The notes below the pieces were generated by a model that did no database searches, was not told the origin of the DNA, and saw only the letters and a program-made list of their open reading frames with translations. The position numbers and the translations under genes are program-made. A DNA stretch of 32,880 nucleotides. Source: a virus. Taxonomy: Duplodnaviria; Heunggongvirae; Uroviricota; Caudoviricetes. Shown piece after piece: positions 27,780 to 32,880 of this stretch (position 1 is its first letter; every line of letters starts with the position of its first letter). The DNA lies in IMG/VR virus record IMGVR_UViG_2548876695_000022, positions 1-32,880 of that record; one strand, written 5' to 3'.

Positions 27780-28366
27780 TGACTTTTGAAATGACCGGAG
27801 AAAACCGGACAATTACCATCTATAACCTGCGTGCTGATACAAATGAATTTATCGGGAAAAGTGATGGGTTTATCCCTGCTAATACCGGTTTGCCTGCTAA
27901 CAGTACCAATATTGCGCCACCGCCGATGAAAGCCGGTTTTGTCGCTGTATTTAATTCTGCGTCAGAAAAATGGTCACTTGTTGAAGACCATCGCGGGAAA
28001 ATTGTTTACGACATTCTCACCGGGAAATCCATCACGATTGATGAATTAGGTCAGTTACCTGACGACGTTGTTTCCGTTGCGCCGGAAGGCCATTTTGTTA
28101 AATGGAATGGTAAAAAATGGGTGCATGATGCTGACGCAGAAAAAACGGCACAGATTACACAGGCTACACAGCAAAAAGACAGTCTTCTGGCGCTGGCTGC
28201 ATCAAAAATTGCCCCATTACAGGATGCTGTTGATCTGGATATTGCAACGGAAGAGGAAACAGCGCTTTTGCTGGCGTGGAAAAAATACAGGGTTTTGATT
28301 AATCGTATTAAGCCAGAAGATGCGCCAGATATTGACTGGCCGGAGGTTCCGGGCGATGTGGCGTGA
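27779..28366 (+). CDS. tail fibre assembly chaperone (lambda Tfa / P2 gpG-like)
   Basis: 195 aa, [26 protein letters not shown]...GLPANSTNIAPP...ALLLAWKKYRVLINRIKPEDAPDIDWPEVP, highly characteristic of Tfa proteins; ATG overlaps the fibre stop. Confidence 0.85.
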   Translation: MTFEMTGENRTITIYNLRADTNEFIGKSDGFIPANTGLPANSTNIAPPPMKAGFVAVFNSASEKWSLVEDHRGKIVYDILTGKSITIDELGQLPDDVVSVAPEGHFVKWNGKKWVHDADAEKTAQITQATQQKDSLLALAASKIAPLQDAVDLDIATEEETALLLAWKKYRVLINRIKPEDAPDIDWPEVPGDVA

Positions 28367-29084
28367 GTCGGTTATAAAGATTGCTGATGATATGGGGGCG
28401 CTGGCCTGTTCAATTGTGCCAGCGCATCCCTGGGTTTACGGTCTGGGACAGAACACCGATTCAGGCGGTTATCTCAGTCCGGCCAATGCGCTGGGATACC
28501 TTGCTAAAAAGCTGTTATCCGGTGGCGGTAGCGGTAGCGGTGATGTCATCGTCATGATGGTGGCGGAGAATACCCACGATGCTTTTATGCAGGGACTGAA
28601 TAAACTGTCCACCGTATTTCCGGCCCCGGTATTTACGCAGGTAAGCCGTATGGCCGCAGCCGCCGCAGAACTCAGCACGGTAAAAATGCAGTTGCCGGTT
28701 AAAGCCGATGTATTGCCAGCCAGTGCGCCGTTATCAGTCTCAACCAACCGGCTGGCGCTGAATGCCCAGCGTGTTGCCGCCGCGCAGCTGGCCGCCGCAG
28801 TCAGTACCACCACAACAGATCTAAAAAACCAGGTGACGGGATTTATTCAGGAACGGGCCGGTTTGCTGTCCTCGCTCAGCCAGGGACTGGACGACCTGAA
28901 AGCCGCCAGTGCGAATATTTTTGCATTCAGTTACAGCGGGAGTTATGCCGTTGCTGCCGCAGAATTGCTGAAAGGCATCCCGCAAACAACGGCAGTGCAT
29001 ACCGCCGCGATGATGTTTATCGGGGATTCGTTATCTGACTTAGGGAAGATGCTACATGAGCCAGACCGCATTACTCGCGCTTGA
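28356..29084 (+). CDS. hypothetical Ala-rich protein (tail-module position)
   Basis: Start chosen at ATG 28356 with a GGAGG RBS (ORF track begins at 28320); no recognisable motif. Confidence 0.4.
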   Translation: MWRESVIKIADDMGALACSIVPAHPWVYGLGQNTDSGGYLSPANALGYLAKKLLSGGGSGSGDVIVMMVAENTHDAFMQGLNKLSTVFPAPVFTQVSRMAAAAAELSTVKMQLPVKADVLPASAPLSVSTNRLALNAQRVAAAQLAAAVSTTTTDLKNQVTGFIQERAGLLSSLSQGLDDLKAASANIFAFSYSGSYAVAAAELLKGIPQTTAVHTAAMMFIGDSLSDLGKMLHEPDRITRA

Positions 29085-29598
29085 TGGTGAAGGGATCGCC
29101 ATGCAGAACATGCTGGTTTCACCTTCCATGCAGTTTCAGGAAAAGGACCAGTCGGGCCAGACATCGAGCACGGCCAATGCTGAACAGGGTATCAAGGCCA
29201 AAGAGCTGCGCGTATCGGGTCTGGTGACATTCGACGACGAAGCCGTCTTACAGCGGCTTTTCCAGCTGGCATCCGCGACCGAAGCCAGCGGCGCACTGAA
29301 AAAGTACCGCGTCGCCAATGCGACGGCGACGGCTATCAACCTTCGTGAAGCCACGTTTACCGGTCAGATTGATGCCGTACCGCAGGAGGATCGCCTTGCC
29401 TGGCAGGTAAGTTTCACCCTGCGTGAAAAAGGCAGCGTCCCGGAAAAACGACAGGCCCGAAAAGGCAACGCGACGGCCAGCACCAAGCAAACAGGGGCAA
29501 AGGGCGCGGGTCCGGCTGCCGGAGCTGATGAGCCAGCCGACAAAATGAGCTGGTTTGAAGAAAAGGTCTTAAAGCCGGTCAACGATGCGCTGGGGTAA
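29056..29598 (+). CDS. hypothetical protein (tail-module position)
   Basis: 180-aa ORF overlapping the upstream gene end; no recognisable motif. Confidence 0.4.
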   Translation: MSQTALLALDGEGIAMQNMLVSPSMQFQEKDQSGQTSSTANAEQGIKAKELRVSGLVTFDDEAVLQRLFQLASATEASGALKKYRVANATATAINLREATFTGQIDAVPQEDRLAWQVSFTLREKGSVPEKRQARKGNATASTKQTGAKGAGPAAGADEPADKMSWFEEKVLKPVNDALG

Positions 29599-29605
29599 TT
29601 AAACG

Positions 29606-31330
29606 ATGAAACCAATTAAACGCCTGTACCTTTCCTCTGATCCGGTCCATCTGATTGACTGCAATATCGTGCTGGAGCTGAACGCGTGCGGTCGGGGGTT
29701 TATTACGGCGGGGACAGAGACAGATTACACCGGCAAAATGGTGCGTATCGATGTTGGTTATGATGGTCTGGTCCTGCGCTGGTTTACCGGGTACGTCGAA
29801 CGGTCACAGCCTGCTGATAATGGAACATGCCGGTTGTTCGTGCGTGAGCTGGTCGGCATCTTTGATAAATTGTGGCCGTGTTCTTTCCAGCATCCAACGT
29901 TGCGCCAGATTACTGACTGGATAAGTGAGCAAAGCGGGCTGACCGTCACAACGCCGGTCGGCGCTGCTTATGCAGATAAACCGATCCCCCACTTTACGCA
30001 CAGCGGCACGGGCTATCAGCTTTTTGCCAGTCTGGGCCGTGCATTTTCAGTGACGGATTATCTTTGGTATCAGTTGCCGGACGGGGATGTCTTCGTCGGC
30101 GCTGCGGAGCATAGTCTTTTTGCGGGAAAACCAGTGGAGATCCCGCACGAATTTAGCCAGGAATCGGCAGGCGGAAATTCAATGGTTGTGCCAATGATTC
30201 AGAGCCTGCGCCCGGGTGCGGAGGTAAACGGCCAGCGGCTGAACCAGGTCCGGCTAAATAACGATGACATGGCAATTACCTGGCAGCCCCGCAACAAAGC
30301 CAACGGCCAGCCATTGCAAAAATCACCCATTCAGCGGCAGATTGAAAACGCATTCCCGGAGCTGGCAAGCGGCCTGCATCTTCCAAGATTCGCTAGGGTG
30401 GAAGCGCCAAGCGAGGATGTTTCAGGGGGGGATATTGCCGATCCATTCCGCCCACGCTATGCCGTGGATCTCCAGCTGCTTGACGAAGACGGCAAGCCAG
30501 CCGCAAATACGCCGATCTATTCTGCCGTTCCACTACCTGTGCCAATGGCGGGCAGCGAGTCAGGAATGTTTCAGTTTCCGCCCCCTGGCACGCTGGTTGA
30601 AGTTGGGTTCACTGAGGGGCGGCAGGATAAGCCCTTTGTGCGTCAGATTATGGCGGAGGGTCATAACCTGCCAGCGGTTAAACCCGGTGAGCAGTTGCAG
30701 CAACAGCGCGATGGTGTATCGCAGCGCGTGACGGTTGCCGGAGACTGGGAACGCCAGACGGATCAGACAATCCGCGAAAACTCCATGACTCGCGAAGTCA
30801 CCACCGACGAAGAGATCCGCAAAGTGGTTGCCCGTGAAACTACGGTCCAGGCAACAGATAAAACAACCGTGCTTGGCACGGCCACACTTCTGGCCGGGGC
30901 GGTCGTTCATATCAGCGAGGGGGATTACAGCGTCGGCACATCCGGCAACCTGACAGTAACCTGCAGCAAGGACAATTCCGTCAGTGTTGGCCGGAACGTG
31001 AAACGGGATGTCGCGGGCAATGTTACAGACGACGTGAAAGGGGATGTCACGTCAAACGTCAGCGGCGCACTGACTGAAAAAATCAGCGGCATTCGCCGAA
31101 GTGTGGCCCAGGCGCAACAACTGATTGCCCCGGTGGTAAAGCTGGGAAGCGAAGAGATTAACGTCCTGACACTGCTCACCGACACCCTGGACGTGGTGAG
31201 GGAGCTGGCAGAGACTGCCGCATCACATACTCACCCCAATACGGGGGCCAGTGGGCAGGCGGCGCAGTTCACCGCAACGGCCAATAAAACCGGCACATTG
31301 AAAAGCAAATACGGCCCCCTGATAGCCTGA
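29606..31330 (+). CDS. baseplate hub / central spike fusion-like protein (gpD-like N-terminus, beta-helical spike-like C-terminus)
   Basis: 574 aa; C-terminal region has repetitive V-x-G-x-V-T/S segments (GRNVKRDVAGNVTDDVKGDVTSNVSG) and an HxH tip motif (SHTHPNTG), as seen in spike apices. Confidence 0.5.
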   Translation: MKPIKRLYLSSDPVHLIDCNIVLELNACGRGFITAGTETDYTGKMVRIDVGYDGLVLRWFTGYVERSQPADNGTCRLFVRELVGIFDKLWPCSFQHPTLRQITDWISEQSGLTVTTPVGAAYADKPIPHFTHSGTGYQLFASLGRAFSVTDYLWYQLPDGDVFVGAAEHSLFAGKPVEIPHEFSQESAGGNSMVVPMIQSLRPGAEVNGQRLNQVRLNNDDMAITWQPRNKANGQPLQKSPIQRQIENAFPELASGLHLPRFARVEAPSEDVSGGDIADPFRPRYAVDLQLLDEDGKPAANTPIYSAVPLPVPMAGSESGMFQFPPPGTLVEVGFTEGRQDKPFVRQIMAEGHNLPAVKPGEQLQQQRDGVSQRVTVAGDWERQTDQTIRENSMTREVTTDEEIRKVVARETTVQATDKTTVLGTATLLAGAVVHISEGDYSVGTSGNLTVTCSKDNSVSVGRNVKRDVAGNVTDDVKGDVTSNVSGALTEKISGIRRSVAQAQQLIAPVVKLGSEEINVLTLLTDTLDVVRELAETAASHTHPNTGASGQAAQFTATANKTGTLKSKYGPLIA

Positions 31331-31535
31331 CAAAAAAGCGGCATAACCGCACACCTCACCAGACACCACAGAACGCGCCACAGCAGGCGCAAAGATTAAA
31401 GGTCGCCACCGTGCGGCCTTTCTTTCGTTCGTTCAACAGCGGCCCACAGCGTAAGCGACAGCAGGCAAACGGAAGCGGATCCAGGACGGAAACGGCGCTA
31501 CACCGCACCCGCCTGCGCAGTTTGGATCATAAAAA

Positions 31536-31824
31536 TTTTGCAAAAGAAATTTTGTGCAAAGCACCCCGCCAGCCTGCGCCGCTGCTGGGCTTTTGCATCC
31601 TGCGGGCGTTGCACTCTGCGCAAAGATTTGCAGCACTTTGCAAAAGTCATCGCGCCGCCAGCTACTAACTGACTGGATAACATGATGTTTTTAAAAGGAT
31701 CGTTTTGGTTTCCGTGACGATCAAAATGATTAGGTGGTATCCGATGGTTTTCGGGGGCGGATATCGTGAAGCCTTGTGCGGTGAGGGCTGGCGGCTAGTT
31801 TGCTTTGATTTGGGTTTTGCAAAA
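31536..31824. repeat. array of palindromic TTTTGCAAAA-type motifs in a non-coding spacer
   Basis: TTTTGCAAAA at 31536-31545 and 31815-31824, TTTGCAAAAG at 31637-31646, with variants TTTTGTGCAAAG, CTTTTGCAT and GCGCAAAGATTTGCAGCA; no convincing ORF. Confidence 0.4.
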
Positions 31825-31914
31825 TGATGCACGAAGTTTTGATAAAAGGATCTCTAGCTAAGGGGGAGGGGAACGTATAAAAACCCCCGCCCTCTGGGTG
31901 ATATTTTGTTCTAT

Positions 31915-32880
31915 TTATAGAAGTTTACTTACTGAAATCAGTTTGGGTGATTTAATGCCAATCTCACATAATGTTGTATGATGTGCTTCACGCTCAGTTT
32001 CCTGATAATAGGTGGCTATCCATTCCGTATTTTCACTAACAATGCTATGTATAAAAGAAAAGTAGGGAACATCTACAGATGATAACGAATGGCCGATGAT
32101 GATGATTTCGTCTACGTTGCTGAGATTTTTAAAAAATTTAGCGCTGTCAGCAATGACTTTTTCAGTATTCTTAAAAGAACAAGTGAAGTATTTATTAATA
32201 GTCTGCTTTCCCATTTCATAAGAGTGATCGTAATTATCAGCCATACACTGACGCCACTCTTCAAGTTCTTCATCGGTTGCATTTTCGGGCGGGACTGCTT
32301 CCTTTTCTTCAAAGTTGATAGGGTCAATACCATGACCTAAAATCAACTGTTGATCTGATGATGCTTTTCCATGGATATATAAAATTTGTCTATCATCAAT
32401 ACCATAGTATTTCTGAAGAGTCTCAGTATAATTAAAACTGATAAAGATAGAGTCAGAATCGATACGCAATCTTTTATTTAAATTAAGTTCGGGGTAGTTA
32501 ACCTGCAATATAAATGACTTGAATTGTGTTAAAAGCCCTTCGGTTAAATTTTTTAGTATACGTTCCATTTCAATGCTTAATGAGCCCCAGTCCTTGTCAC
32601 GAAAATCAGGGCTGCTAATTTGGGGTAAAAGATAGCAAAACTCTTCGAGCACTGACTCTGTATCCAGACCCGCTAAGCTGTTTTCGAAATCAGACCAAAG
32701 AAAATGTTTTGACTTATCAACTGCGGAAAGTTTAGGGGGTAAGTCAGTAAATCCCATAAAATCAACCAAGTGATCGTAAATGTCTTGGTCTTTCTTCCGA
32801 AGATAATCCCCAAATGAGAAATAGCTCGTGTCAAGTTCGTGATGCAGATCAAACCCATTCCCGATGATGTATAGCTTCAT
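31915..32880 (-). CDS. AbiH-like abortive-infection protein
   Basis: 321 aa, N-terminal MKLYIIGNGFDLHHELDTSYFSFGDYL matches the AbiH-family motif as remembered; visibly AT-rich compared with the flanking phage genes; ATG is the last 3 nt of the window. Confidence 0.6.
   Translation of the reverse strand: MKLYIIGNGFDLHHELDTSYFSFGDYLRKKDQDIYDHLVDFMGFTDLPPKLSAVDKSKHFLWSDFENSLAGLDTESVLEEFCYLLPQISSPDFRDKDWGSLSIEMERILKNLTEGLLTQFKSFILQVNYPELNLNKRLRIDSDSIFISFNYTETLQKYYGIDDRQILYIHGKASSDQQLILGHGIDPINFEEKEAVPPENATDEELEEWRQCMADNYDHSYEMGKQTINKYFTCSFKNTEKVIADSAKFFKNLSNVDEIIIIGHSLSSVDVPYFSFIHSIVSENTEWIATYYQETEREAHHTTLCEIGIKSPKLISVSKLL

Larger units (their letters stand above)
17748..31330 (+). mobile_element. 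second contractile-tail gene module with embedded lysis cassette and no head genes in the window (tailocin-like or defective/disrupted prophage)
   Basis: Tail-completion-like gene, sheath- and tube-sized genes, holin-endolysin-spanins, frameshift chaperone, tape measure, W/J/I-like baseplate genes, P2 H-like fibre, lambda-like Tfa and hub-spike, all co-directional. Confidence 0.55.

Noticed and set aside
31586-31650. Sigma-54 type promoter in the TGG...TTGCA motifs
   Set aside because: Spacing between the GG and GC elements does not fit the -24/-12 consensus
31411-31668. 85-aa + strand ORF in the spacer
   Set aside because: Arg/Ala-rich translation, no RBS, and it overlaps the palindromic motif array; more likely non-coding
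31531-31900. CRISPR array or tRNA/attachment site
   Set aside because: Repeats are short palindromes without regular spacer structure, and I could not fold a tRNA cloverleaf by eye; left as an unexplained repeat region

Overview
Almost the whole window is prophage DNA, with nearly all genes on the + strand. All calls come from reading the ORF translations, motifs and gene order by eye; no database search was run. (1) 1-12.8 kb: tail arm of a Mu-like transposable phage (gp36/gp37-like virion proteins, sheath, tube, frameshifting chaperone, tape measure, N/P/gp45-gp48 baseplate, tail fibre S), ending in a Gin-invertible tail-fibre segment with gix-like sites at ~11430 and ~12804 and gin at 12872-13432. 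(2) 13.5-16.7 kb: a cargo island that canonical Mu does not carry between gin and com-mom. It encodes a 685-aa SASA/SGNH-type O-acetylesterase, a 59-aa membrane protein, an 81-aa acidic protein, a convergent 56-aa zinc-ribbon protein, and a palindrome- and GATC-rich control region, followed by com-mom (16714-17605). (3) 17.7-31.3 kb: a second, different contractile-tail module (P2-like W/J/I/H genes, lambda-like Tfa, -1 frameshift chaperone, tape measure, hub-spike) with a complete lysis cassette embedded between tube and chaperone and no head genes. This is either tailocin-like or a prophage split by insertion of the Mu-like element. (4) 31.3-32.9 kb: a spacer with TTTTGCAAAA palindromes and an AT-rich AbiH-like abortive-infection gene on the - strand. 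No rRNA, tRNA or CRISPR array was seen. The best candidates for an undescribed system are the gin/com-mom cargo island at the window centre, the tail-only module with its own lysis cassette, and the AbiH island at the right edge. I could not recognise a complete novel multi-gene system with certainty.
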